Below, in pieces: positions 34,536-42,679 of a stretch of DNA of 64,000 nucleotides. Made by a program: the position numbers and the translations under genes. The notes beneath the pieces are model-generated. The model saw nothing but the letters and a program-made list of their open reading frames with translations, did no database searches and was not told where the DNA came from. The DNA comes from an uncultured Eubacteriales bacterium. Its GTDB lineage: Bacteria; Bacillota; Clostridia; Oscillospirales; CAG-272. The DNA lies in contig CAKRNO010000006.1 of the NCBI GenBank assembly GCA_934371135.1, positions 7,751 to 71,750 on the forward strand, given 5' to 3'. Each line of letters starts with the position of its first letter. The stretch's first letter is position 1.

Positions 34536-36170
34536 ATGAAAAGAATCATCGCATTGGGCATGGCGCTTGTCATGCTGCTTCTGACGCTCACGGGTATGCT
34601 CACCGCCTGCGGGGGGGACGATGTGACCCCGCCGGACGACACGCCGACTCCCGCGGAGCCGGAAAAGTTCGGCTATGCCGACGGCTTTTCCTACTATCAG
34701 GAACTGGTTATGAACCCCGATAAGCACCTGTACGTCTATAACCGGACGGAGACGCTCACGAACGAGGAAACGGTGCTGGCGGAGGCGATCCAGGGCATCT
34801 ACGCCCGCACGGGTGCGAAGTATTACCGCTACTCGAACGATGCCTATGCCACATGGCTTGACGACATGATCGAGCACTACGGCTTCACCGCCGAGGACAT
34901 CACCCTGCGCGAGATGGTCGAGGGCTTTATCCGCGACTACGGCAACAAGTACGTCCTGTACGATTGGCAGACCCTCGCGGAGAGCATCAACAGCGCCTGC
35001 ACGATCGCCGGCGCGCTGGATTACCTGCCGGTCGATGTGACCCTGCGCGAAAAGGCGGAGGCGTGGGGGCTGACGCTCGGCGTAGACGCTTCCCAAATGA
35101 CGGAAAAAGCCTGCTTTACGGCTTACAAGGACAAGTTGAGCAATACGGGTCTCGTGCAGCAGTCGGCGGGGAATATCCGCCTGCGCGACTACGGCATTGC
35201 CTGCCGCTATTTCTTCTTCTACCGTGCCGGGCAGGAGACGGAGGACATGATGTTCCGCGGTCAGGTGCAGGGCTGGGTCGAGGAGAATGCGCCCGTGTTC
35301 GGCTGGGGCCCGAATGAGGAGGCGGAGCACGTGACGGTTTCTTCGCAGTACGGGCAGTTCACCATCCCGAGCGACCACTGCTTCAATATGTCCGTGTTCG
35401 CCTGCCGTGCGGCGTTCGGCGAGGTGGACTTTACGCAGAGTGCCAAGACCACCGGGGTCCGCGCTGAAGCGGGCAAGCACTACGTCTGCATTATGATGAG
35501 CGACGGCGACAATGTGCAGACGTGGTATAACACCTTCCCGTTCAACAGCAAATACTTCGGGGCGGAGCGCGCGGATTTCCCCATGGGGTGGAGCGTACAG
35601 CCCTCCCTTTCCGACCTCGGACCGAATGTTCTCGGCTACCTGAAACGGAACGCGAACGCCAAAGACTATTTTGTCTGCTCGGTCTCCGGGCAGGGATATA
35701 TGTATCCGCAGATCTATCCCGATCTCAAGGGCTTCACGCAGGGGCTCAGTGCCTACCTGCGGCGGACGGATCTCTCCGTCGTGCAGATCCTCGACTCGGG
35801 CTACAGCGCCAAGGTCGTGGAGGCGTACGCGCAGATTCCCGAGCTGAAAGGCGCGATCTACTGCTACGGTGACAAATATGCCGCGGGTAACGGTTCGGTC
35901 TACTGGTCGAACGGCAAGCCCTTTGTAGCCATCCGCGAGACGCTGTGGAGTGCCAATGTCGAGGCAATGGCGGAGCGTATCAATGGCTATGCAAAGGATC
36001 CGACGACGATCGAGGGCTATACCGCCATCAATCTGCACCCGTGGTCGATGAGTTATCAGGATGTCGTAAAACTGGTGGAGCTGCTGGATGACGATGTCGT
36101 CGTGGTCACGGCGGACGATTTCATCCGATTGATTGCCGAGAACGTCCCTCAGACCGACGTCTCCCGGTAA
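34536..36170 (+). CDS. GxGYxYP-family lipoprotein (putative glycoside hydrolase)
   Basis: RBS GGAGAAAG, lipobox MLTACGG, MMSDGDNVQTWYNTFPF, an exact GQGYMYP motif, and INLHPWS. Confidence 0.8.
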   Translation: MKRIIALGMALVMLLLTLTGMLTACGGDDVTPPDDTPTPAEPEKFGYADGFSYYQELVMNPDKHLYVYNRTETLTNEETVLAEAIQGIYARTGAKYYRYSNDAYATWLDDMIEHYGFTAEDITLREMVEGFIRDYGNKYVLYDWQTLAESINSACTIAGALDYLPVDVTLREKAEAWGLTLGVDASQMTEKACFTAYKDKLSNTGLVQQSAGNIRLRDYGIACRYFFFYRAGQETEDMMFRGQVQGWVEENAPVFGWGPNEEAEHVTVSSQYGQFTIPSDHCFNMSVFACRAAFGEVDFTQSAKTTGVRAEAGKHYVCIMMSDGDNVQTWYNTFPFNSKYFGAERADFPMGWSVQPSLSDLGPNVLGYLKRNANAKDYFVCSVSGQGYMYPQIYPDLKGFTQGLSAYLRRTDLSVVQILDSGYSAKVVEAYAQIPELKGAIYCYGDKYAAGNGSVYWSNGKPFVAIRETLWSANVEAMAERINGYAKDPTTIEGYTAINLHPWSMSYQDVVKLVELLDDDVVVVTADDFIRLIAENVPQTDVSR

Positions 36171-36281
36171 GAGCACCAAGCCTTGTCGAACGGGTTGCCC
36201 GTGCCATCGCGCGGTGTGACCCGTTTTGTCGGGTGCGCCGACGGCGCATCCCGCCTGCAATGTTGGAATAAAGGAGACAGT

Positions 36282-37232
36282 ATGGAGACGAAACCGATTT
36301 TATTCACCCCGGCGACGAAGTCGTATCTGTGGGGCGGGACGGCACTGATGGAGAAGTGGGGCAAGACTTCGCCCGAAGCGACGGTCGCCGAGTGCTGGGA
36401 ACTTTCCGCGTATGCGGGGTGTGAGAGCATCGCTCGGGGCGGAGACTGCGACGGAATGCCCCTCGGGGAGATTGTGGAAACTCACCCGGATTGGTTCGGC
36501 GCCGCCGTTCGGGACGGGTTCCCGATCCTCGTCAAGCTCATCGACGCGGCGAAAGACCTGTCCGTGCAGGTACACCCGGACGATCTGTATGCCCGCGTGC
36601 ATGAGGGAGATCGGGGCAAGACCGAGATGTGGTATATTGCGGACGCCGTACCGGGTGCCGCCATCTATTACGGCTTTGCACGGGACGTCAGCCGTGAGGA
36701 AGTGGAAAAGAGTATCCGGGAGAATACCGTCACCACCCTGTTACAGAAGGTCCCCGTTACAAGGGGAGATGCGTTTCTTGTCCCAGCAGGGACGGTACAC
36801 GCTCTCCTTGCCGGGGTGACGGTCATTGAAATTCAGGAGAGCTCCAACGTGACCTACCGGGTGTATGACTATGACCGCCGGGATAAGGACGGCAACCCGA
36901 GACCGTTACATATTGAGAAAGCCTTGGAGGTGATGAACCTCCGGGCAAGGGAAGTACCGCAAGCCAAAACAGCCACTACAGTTTCTACCGGTGTCACGGA
37001 ACGCAAGCTCGCCTGCTGTCATTACTTCCGCACGTCGGAAATTAATATCCATGACGGAACCTATGAGATAGCCCCGAAAGATACCTTTGTGACCTTTACG
37101 GTCGCGGACGGTGAGGGGATCTTCACGGACGACGGGAGAGAAATCCGAAAAGGGCAGACATGGCTCATCCCGAACGGCTGCTCTGCAAGAATAGAAGGAA
37201 AAGGTCTGACACTTGTCACGACGGTTGTCTGA
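36282..37232 (+). CDS. manA: Mannose-6-phosphate isomerase, class I
   Basis: RBS AAAGGAGA before METKPILFTPATKSYLWGG. Metal-site motifs SVQVHPDD and KTEMWYI. The track start at 36183 is an unsupported extension. Confidence 0.85.
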   Translation: METKPILFTPATKSYLWGGTALMEKWGKTSPEATVAECWELSAYAGCESIARGGDCDGMPLGEIVETHPDWFGAAVRDGFPILVKLIDAAKDLSVQVHPDDLYARVHEGDRGKTEMWYIADAVPGAAIYYGFARDVSREEVEKSIRENTVTTLLQKVPVTRGDAFLVPAGTVHALLAGVTVIEIQESSNVTYRVYDYDRRDKDGNPRPLHIEKALEVMNLRAREVPQAKTATTVSTGVTERKLACCHYFRTSEINIHDGTYEIAPKDTFVTFTVADGEGIFTDDGREIRKGQTWLIPNGCSARIEGKGLTLVTTVV

Positions 37233-37235
37233 ACT

Positions 37236-38165
37236 ATGAAATACTATATCGGAATCGACATCGGCGGTACCTCTATCAAGGCAGGTATCGTCGATGAGAA
37301 TGGGAATATCCTCGTCAAGGGTGCCGTAAAGACCGACGCAAGACAGGAACGCCTTGCCCCCGATGCCGCCGCCCTCGCAGAACAGCTTCTCCTACAGGCG
37401 GGGCTCAAAAAAGAGAATATTACCGGGGTCGGTATGGGCATCCCCGGGACAGTTGACGCGAAAAACGGGATTGTACGGTACTCGAATAATATCGCCATCA
37501 GCGACCTGCCCATTGCGGCACAGTTCCGCGCCATCTTCGACTGCCCGATCGAGATCGGGAACGACGCAGACGCGGCGGCACTCGGGGAGTTGTATTTCGG
37601 CTCCGCCCGGGGGACGCAGAACGTCGTATTTGTTACGCTCGGTACCGGGGTCGGTACGGGCATCATCCAGAACGGCAAGCTGCTTGCCGGGAGCGAGGGG
37701 GGACACCTCTGCATCCGTACCGGCGGGGTACAGTGTACCTGCGGCAGACACGGCTGTTGGGAAGCCTATGCTTCCGTCACGGCACTGAAACGTCAGACCC
37801 ACGCCGCCTTTATCCGTCGGCAGAGCGCAGTAACTGCCGCCGTCAGCCGTAAAGACATCACCGGGCGGACCGCCTTTGACTGCGCCCGTGCGGGGGACGA
37901 GATCGCCGCCGCCGTGGTGGAACGGTACCTCGGCTATGTGGCGGAGGGGATCGCCGACCTTGTGAACGTGTTTCATCCGGAATGTGTCCTCATCGGCGGT
38001 GGGCTCTCGAATGAGGAACCGAAATACTTTGAGCGCATTGCCGCCCTCGCGAATGCGGAGGTGTTCGGACATGAGCGCCTCACCCCGACGCCGATCCGCG
38101 CCGCCGCCCTCAAAAACGACGCCGGGCTCCTCGGCGCCGCCGGTCTTGCCATCGCGGCGGAGTAA
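37236..38165 (+). CDS. ROK family sugar kinase (gluco/manno/fructokinase-like)
   Basis: IGIDIGGTSIKAGIV ATP-binding motif and the ROK zinc motif CTCGRHGCWEAY. Confidence 0.9.
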   Translation: MKYYIGIDIGGTSIKAGIVDENGNILVKGAVKTDARQERLAPDAAALAEQLLLQAGLKKENITGVGMGIPGTVDAKNGIVRYSNNIAISDLPIAAQFRAIFDCPIEIGNDADAAALGELYFGSARGTQNVVFVTLGTGVGTGIIQNGKLLAGSEGGHLCIRTGGVQCTCGRHGCWEAYASVTALKRQTHAAFIRRQSAVTAAVSRKDITGRTAFDCARAGDEIAAAVVERYLGYVAEGIADLVNVFHPECVLIGGGLSNEEPKYFERIAALANAEVFGHERLTPTPIRAAALKNDAGLLGAAGLAIAAE

Positions 38166-38362
38166 AGAAGCCGAACCTTTGCCGAAGAAAACCACAAATC
38201 CGTACCCCAAATGAAACGCAAACTCATACCGCAAATAAAACGGCGCGCCGCCCGAAGAACCGGGCGCATCCCCGTCCGAAACAGCTTATCATAAGACAAG
38301 AGTTTCACAACAGACGCAAAACGAGGAGCTGTGTCAAATGGCTGTTCAAACGGGACGTCAAT

Positions 38363-39130
38363 GTGCTTACCATGTCCCCCGGGAAAAAGGACTACAGCCA
38401 CCACAACTACCCGCTCGAGCGGGTGGAGGCTGCCATCGCGTGGCTGAAAAACGCAGGGAATGAGAAGATCGGTATCGCCGGTGCATCCACCACGGGGGCG
38501 CTCGCCCTCACTGCCGCATCGTATTTCCCGGAGATCACGCTCACGATCGCCATGACCCCCAGCGATTTTATATGGCAGGGGTTCGCACAGGGGAAAAAGG
38601 ATGGCTGCGGCGAATGGCCGATCGAGGGGGAATCGCTGTTCACCTACCGCGGCGTGCCGCTGCCGTATATGCCGTTCTGCTATAAGCACCCCGACTACTG
38701 GCGGGTCATGCGGGAGGAAGCAAAGCGCACCGTAAACATGACCGCATCACGCAAGGTGTTCGACGATTCCGAGGCGGCGCATCCGATCACCGAGGACGAG
38801 TTTATCAAGGTCGAGAACATCCACGGGAAGCTCCTGATGATCGGGGCGGAGGATGATTGCCTGTGGGACGCGGCAAAGTATGTCAGACGCGCCGAGAGCC
38901 GCCTTCGCGAGAAGCCCCACGATTGTGACGTGGAGGCACTGACGTATCAGCACGGGACGCATTTCGTATTCCCCAAGAGCCTGCTCAAAACGATCTTTCC
39001 CGTCGGTGCGGGGCTGCTGCTGAAGTGGATGTTCCGGGCGGCAAAAGAGTATCCGAAAGAGTGCAAGGCGACGCGGATCGATATCGACCGTCACATCGTC
39101 AGTACCATAGAGACGTGGAAAAACGCATGA
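38363..39130 (+). CDS. BAAT/acyl-CoA thioesterase C-terminal-domain-like alpha/beta hydrolase, apparently 5'-truncated
   Basis: PLERVEAAIAWLKNAGNEKIGIAGASTTGALALTAAS and later dienelactone-hydrolase-like blocks. Homology (VKWLFKRDVNVL) continues upstream of the first possible start codon, GTG 38363, in the same frame. Confidence 0.55.
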   Translation: MLTMSPGKKDYSHHNYPLERVEAAIAWLKNAGNEKIGIAGASTTGALALTAASYFPEITLTIAMTPSDFIWQGFAQGKKDGCGEWPIEGESLFTYRGVPLPYMPFCYKHPDYWRVMREEAKRTVNMTASRKVFDDSEAAHPITEDEFIKVENIHGKLLMIGAEDDCLWDAAKYVRRAESRLREKPHDCDVEALTYQHGTHFVFPKSLLKTIFPVGAGLLLKWMFRAAKEYPKECKATRIDIDRHIVSTIETWKNA

Positions 39131-39383
39131 AATACAGGCCCGTACCTGAAATGCCGCGGGGCGGCTCCGCGGCACCTCCTTCGGGGGTGCCTGATATGAA
39201 TGCTCCGGGAGGATGACCCGGAAACGGTGGCAAAGGCGGCACACATAAGGGCCCGGGAGATTTTCTCCGACGGCACGGCAGCCGGCAAAACGACCGGTTC
39301 CCTCAAAACGACACCGCCTATGCGTGAGTCCATACGCCGTCGGGGGCAGCAAATATGGCGATTGCCACTACGACCACAAAGGA

Positions 39384-39422
39384 TAAAAACGAGGAGTTGC
39401 CCGGAGAACCGGGCAACTCCTC
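39384..39422 (-). terminator. Intrinsic terminator of the ABC-2 exporter operon
   Basis: Perfect 14-bp stem GAGGAGTTGCCCGG/CCGGGCAACTCCTC is followed on the minus strand by GTTTTTAT. Confidence 0.7.
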
Positions 39423-39596
39423 GCTGCTTTTACGGAATTTTCGTATAAGGGATGCGTCTGTCGCCGAGCACGAGATATTTGCCCTCACTCTCCACATAGA
39501 AGATATGGAGGATGCGATACTGCTCGACAAGATTGTCGCGCCAGGTCGGCTCTCCCGCTGTGAAGCGGTATTCACGGACGGCAGACCGCAGGGCGC

Positions 39597-40499
39597 TTAT
39601 TTTCTCCGGCGGCTCGCGACGATGTTGAACGCGACGTAGATGCCGATGAGCAGGAGAATACTGCACACGAGGATGGCATACATGGCGCCGATCGGGACGA
39701 CCTTGCCGAAGAAAGCAGGGGTGCAGTCCACGCTTTCACGGATGCCCTCCACCACCGCATCGGGAAACCCCTCCGCACGCATTTTTTCAAATGCACCGCG
39801 CATGGCATGGTTGCGCAGCAGGCTCGTACCGTAGGTGCCGGGGAGGAAGGAGAGAACGTTCTGCAACCCTTTGCCGAAATTGGAGATCGGCATATAAGCG
39901 CCGCAGATGAAGCCGTAGCCGGCGCTGACGATGGTGCCGACCGCCGATGCCTGTCCGTCCGTTACGAGGAAGAAGTTGATGCAGGAGGAGAGCGCGGTGC
40001 CGAACATGGTCAGGAGGAGTACGTCGAGGAGCAAGAGGAATATATCCCCGACCGAGAGACACCAGCCGACGATGCCGAGGTAGATAAATCCGACCGCGGT
40101 CGCCGTCAGGCAGATGATGAGGGTGGAGAACAGGGTGGCGAGGTAGTACCCGAGCCCGAGGACGCCGAAGCGCACAGGGGTGATGGTCAGGTCGTGGATC
40201 GCGCCCGAGGTCTTATCCCGGATCATGAGGAGGTTGGAGCAGAACGCGACGGTCACACAGCAGACTGCGAGCAAAGCGGAGATGAGCTGGCCGCCGACGC
40301 ACCCGTTCAGCACGGCGTCGGAAATGGTGGCACCCGCCGCCTCGACTGCCGAGCGGAAAGAGTCGGCATAGATCTTACGCAGGAAGGTCGCGTACAGGAC
40401 GAGCAGGATGAGGGGCGTGATAAGGGAGGAGAAAAACAATCCTTTATCCTTGAAATACAGCTTGGTATTGCGTTTTGTCAGTGCCCAGAGTCCGGTCAT
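39597..40499 (-). CDS. ABC-2 type transporter permease
   Basis: Six TM helices. Overlaps the ATPase gene stop by 4 nt. Confidence 0.85.
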   Translation of the reverse strand: MTGLWALTKRNTKLYFKDKGLFFSSLITPLILLVLYATFLRKIYADSFRSAVEAAGATISDAVLNGCVGGQLISALLAVCCVTVAFCSNLLMIRDKTSGAIHDLTITPVRFGVLGLGYYLATLFSTLIICLTATAVGFIYLGIVGWCLSVGDIFLLLLDVLLLTMFGTALSSCINFFLVTDGQASAVGTIVSAGYGFICGAYMPISNFGKGLQNVLSFLPGTYGTSLLRNHAMRGAFEKMRAEGFPDAVVEGIRESVDCTPAFFGKVVPIGAMYAILVCSILLLIGIYVAFNIVASRRRK

Positions 40500-41410
40500 T
40501 TCTCATCGCCTCCCGTCAGTTTTTTGCCCGTCACGGCAAGGAAGACGTCGTCCATCTTGCCCTTGGTGATCTCGAAGTCACGGAACAGCTCCGGATGCTT
40601 GATGATGAGGTCGGTCGCCGCCGCCGTGTCGGGCACGGAGACCCGGTAGGCGTCGCGCAGGGGCTCGTACGGAGCGCCCAGCCGCTTCACGGCATCCTCC
40701 TCCACGCCGTACAGGGTGATGAAGTCGCCGGTATAGGCGTTTTTCAGCGTCAGGGGCGTCCCCTCTGCCACGATCTCACCGTGATCGAGGATGATGACAT
40801 AGTCGGCGTCCGCTGCCTCCTCCATGTAGTGGGTGGTGAGGAAAACGGTGAGGTTCTTTTCCCGCCGCAGGTCGGCGATGACCTTCCACAGCAGGTTGCG
40901 CGTCTGCGGGTCGAGGCCCGTCGTCGGCTCGTCGAGAATGAGGATCTTCGGCTCGTGCAGGAGGGCGCGGGCAATATCGATGCGGCGCCGCTGCCCGCCG
41001 GAGAGCTTTCCTACCGGGCGGCGGAGGAGGTCTCCGAAGTCCAGCAGGGCGGCGAGCTTGGCGAGCCGCTCGCGGAATGCCTCGCCGCGGATGCCGTAGA
41101 GCGCCGCGCGGCTCTCCAGGTTGTCCCGCACCGAAAGGTCCTTGTCGAGGACGGAGTTCTGGAATACGACGCCGAGCGTGCGTTTGATGCGGTCGGGGTC
41201 GCGGTCGAGGTCCGTCTCGCAGATCTCGACGTCACCGCCGTCCTTTTTGAGCTCGCCGCAGAGAATGTTGATGGTGGTGGACTTACCGGCACCGTTGACG
41301 CCGAGAAAGGCAAAGAGCTCGCCCTCTTTCACGCGGAAGGAGAGGTCGCGCACGGCGTGGACGTCGCCGAAGTGCTTTTGCAGGTGGTCAATGCGGATCA
41401 TGTCAGTCAT
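40496..41410 (-). CDS. ABC transporter ATP-binding protein
   Basis: Walker A GVNGAGKST, signature LSGGQRRR, Walker B ILILDEPT. RBS GAGGAAG before MTDMIRIDHL. The track start at 41521 is an unsupported extension. Confidence 0.9.
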   Translation of the reverse strand: MTDMIRIDHLQKHFGDVHAVRDLSFRVKEGELFAFLGVNGAGKSTTINILCGELKKDGGDVEICETDLDRDPDRIKRTLGVVFQNSVLDKDLSVRDNLESRAALYGIRGEAFRERLAKLAALLDFGDLLRRPVGKLSGGQRRRIDIARALLHEPKILILDEPTTGLDPQTRNLLWKVIADLRREKNLTVFLTTHYMEEAADADYVIILDHGEIVAEGTPLTLKNAYTGDFITLYGVEEDAVKRLGAPYEPLRDAYRVSVPDTAAATDLIIKHPELFRDFEITKGKMDDVFLAVTGKKLTGGDEK

Positions 41411-41412
41411 GG

Positions 41413-42402
41413 TTACTTCCTCGCATTTTCGTTTGTTGTGGCGGGAGTGCCGACAGGGGTCTCTTGCGCCGCCTCCGGCGTGCCGATGAGGGCGATCTCC
41501 CGATAGGTGCCGAGGCGGCACCGGACAGAACGGAGGGCGGTGTGTGTCAGCCCGAGCAGACTGTCCATCTCCCGCGCGGCGTTCTCATAGATGCCGTTTG
41601 TGTGGTGGACGAGCAGATAGTCCGCTTCACCGATTTGCCCCGCTGCCTCCTGACAGAAGCGCCGGATCGGCGCCGAGAGGGAGAAGACCCAGATCGGGGA
41701 GCAGATCGTCACGTGACGGAAGGCAGAGAGGTCGGGGGTGACAGGCTCGATCGGCATCCCCCAGCGGTGCATACCGTACCGCCCGCACCACCAGAAGCCG
41801 GCGGTGCCCGCCGTCCGTTCTCTGGCTCTCACCTCCCAGAGCATAGCGCCAGTGCGGTTCGCTTCCTCGTACGCCAGCTTTCTGACATACCCCATGCGGG
41901 AGAAGTAAACGACCAGCCGCTCCGGATGCGTGCCGATGTGCGGATAATCGACAGGATCAAATGTAAAGTCTCCTTGACGAGCGGAGACGTAGGCAATATA
42001 GCCCGTGATTGCCTGCGCAAGTCCGAAGAAAAAGTAGATCGTGGACATGAAGTTCAGGGGGAACATATAGAACTGGATGCAGATCCACAGCATGAGCGTC
42101 ACACCGAAGATACCGCCGAGGATGATGCCAACCCGCTTTTTCATAAGGAGCAGCACCGCTGCCGTGAGGTTGGTGAGCCCGTTGACAATGAGGAGCGCGA
42201 TGCCGGAAAACAGGAGGTCCCGGAACAGCACGTCCGCAAAAGGGAGCACCGCAAAGTAAGGGAGCATGGCATCCATGCCCATGGCTTTCCCCGTCGGGTC
42301 GATGAGCATCCCCGTCGCTCCGGCGACGGCGCCGATGCCGATGAACAGCGTCCAGAAGATCAGTAGCCGCCGCGTGACGCGGTAGCGCAGAGTCGTATGC
42401 AT
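41413..42402 (-). CDS. Membrane protein: N-terminal 4-TM domain fused to a C-terminal flavodoxin-like domain
   Basis: Hydrophobic N-terminal ~150 aa. Then RLVVYFSRMGYVRKLAYEEA...GFWWCGRYGM...ICSPIWVFSLSAPIRRF, resembling the Flavodoxin_4-type fold. Confidence 0.65.
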   Translation of the reverse strand: MHTTLRYRVTRRLLIFWTLFIGIGAVAGATGMLIDPTGKAMGMDAMLPYFAVLPFADVLFRDLLFSGIALLIVNGLTNLTAAVLLLMKKRVGIILGGIFGVTLMLWICIQFYMFPLNFMSTIYFFFGLAQAITGYIAYVSARQGDFTFDPVDYPHIGTHPERLVVYFSRMGYVRKLAYEEANRTGAMLWEVRARERTAGTAGFWWCGRYGMHRWGMPIEPVTPDLSAFRHVTICSPIWVFSLSAPIRRFCQEAAGQIGEADYLLVHHTNGIYENAAREMDSLLGLTHTALRSVRCRLGTYREIALIGTPEAAQETPVGTPATTNENARK

Positions 42403-42598
42403 ATACAGTCGCCTCTTATAAGACTTATATCGAAACGGAAAGCAAACTTTCCGTATGTATCGGGTGCCACTTCCGGCATCTGGAGCTACCGGGGCGTGCG
42501 CTTATAGCCGCGCGCCGTGGGGGTCCCGCCCCGCGTCCGTGCGCCACGGTACGACGCCCGATTTTACCGGGGAAATCATCCGGTGGCTTCTGTACGTC

Positions 42599-42627
42599 AT
42601 TATAACAGCATCTCTTTCTCAATGCAA
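42599..42627 (-). promoter_or_regulatory. Predicted sigma-A promoter of the membrane-flavodoxin/ABC-2 operon
   Basis: Minus strand reads TTGCAT, a 17-nt spacer, then TATAAT. This leaves a GC-rich leader of about 190 nt. Confidence 0.45.
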
Positions 42628-42631
42628 GAGA

Positions 42632-42667
42632 AAAGGGCAAAAAGCGGGCGGGAGAGCTCCCGCCCGC
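42632..42667 (-). terminator. Intrinsic terminator after the alpha/beta hydrolase gene
   Basis: Stem GCGGGCGGGAG/CTCCCGCCCGC is followed on the minus strand by TTTTTGCCCTTTTCTC. Confidence 0.7.
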
Positions 42668-42679
42668 TGTGGGCTCCGG

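Noticed and set aside
31367-34642. 1091-aa minus-strand ORF opposite the 1008-aa GxGYxYP lipoprotein gene
   Set aside because: Same shadow-ORF signature (R/G/A/V-rich, no RBS, no domains). The plus-strand gene has an RBS, a lipobox and family motifs.
36183-36281. N-terminal extensions proposed by the ORF track (36183 for manA; also 21818-21907 GH38, 41411-41521 ABC ATPase, 55399-55824 ligase-like, 55776-55889 xpt, 61912-61995 dapB, 45115-45171 PHP, 46416-46481 lipoprotein, 47626-47685 DUF4886)
   Set aside because: In every case a downstream ATG, GTG or TTG has a proper GGAGG-type RBS and begins the conserved N-terminus or signal peptide. The extensions cross promoters or terminators or encode non-protein-like sequence.
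38338-38463. 41-codon ORF with a good SD (AGGAG) upstream of the BAAT-like gene, and the 27-codon ORF at 38211-38294
   Set aside because: The first is out of frame inside a stretch that still shows hydrolase homology in another frame. The second encodes an Arg/Lys-rich peptide without an RBS. Both are more likely by-products of gene decay.
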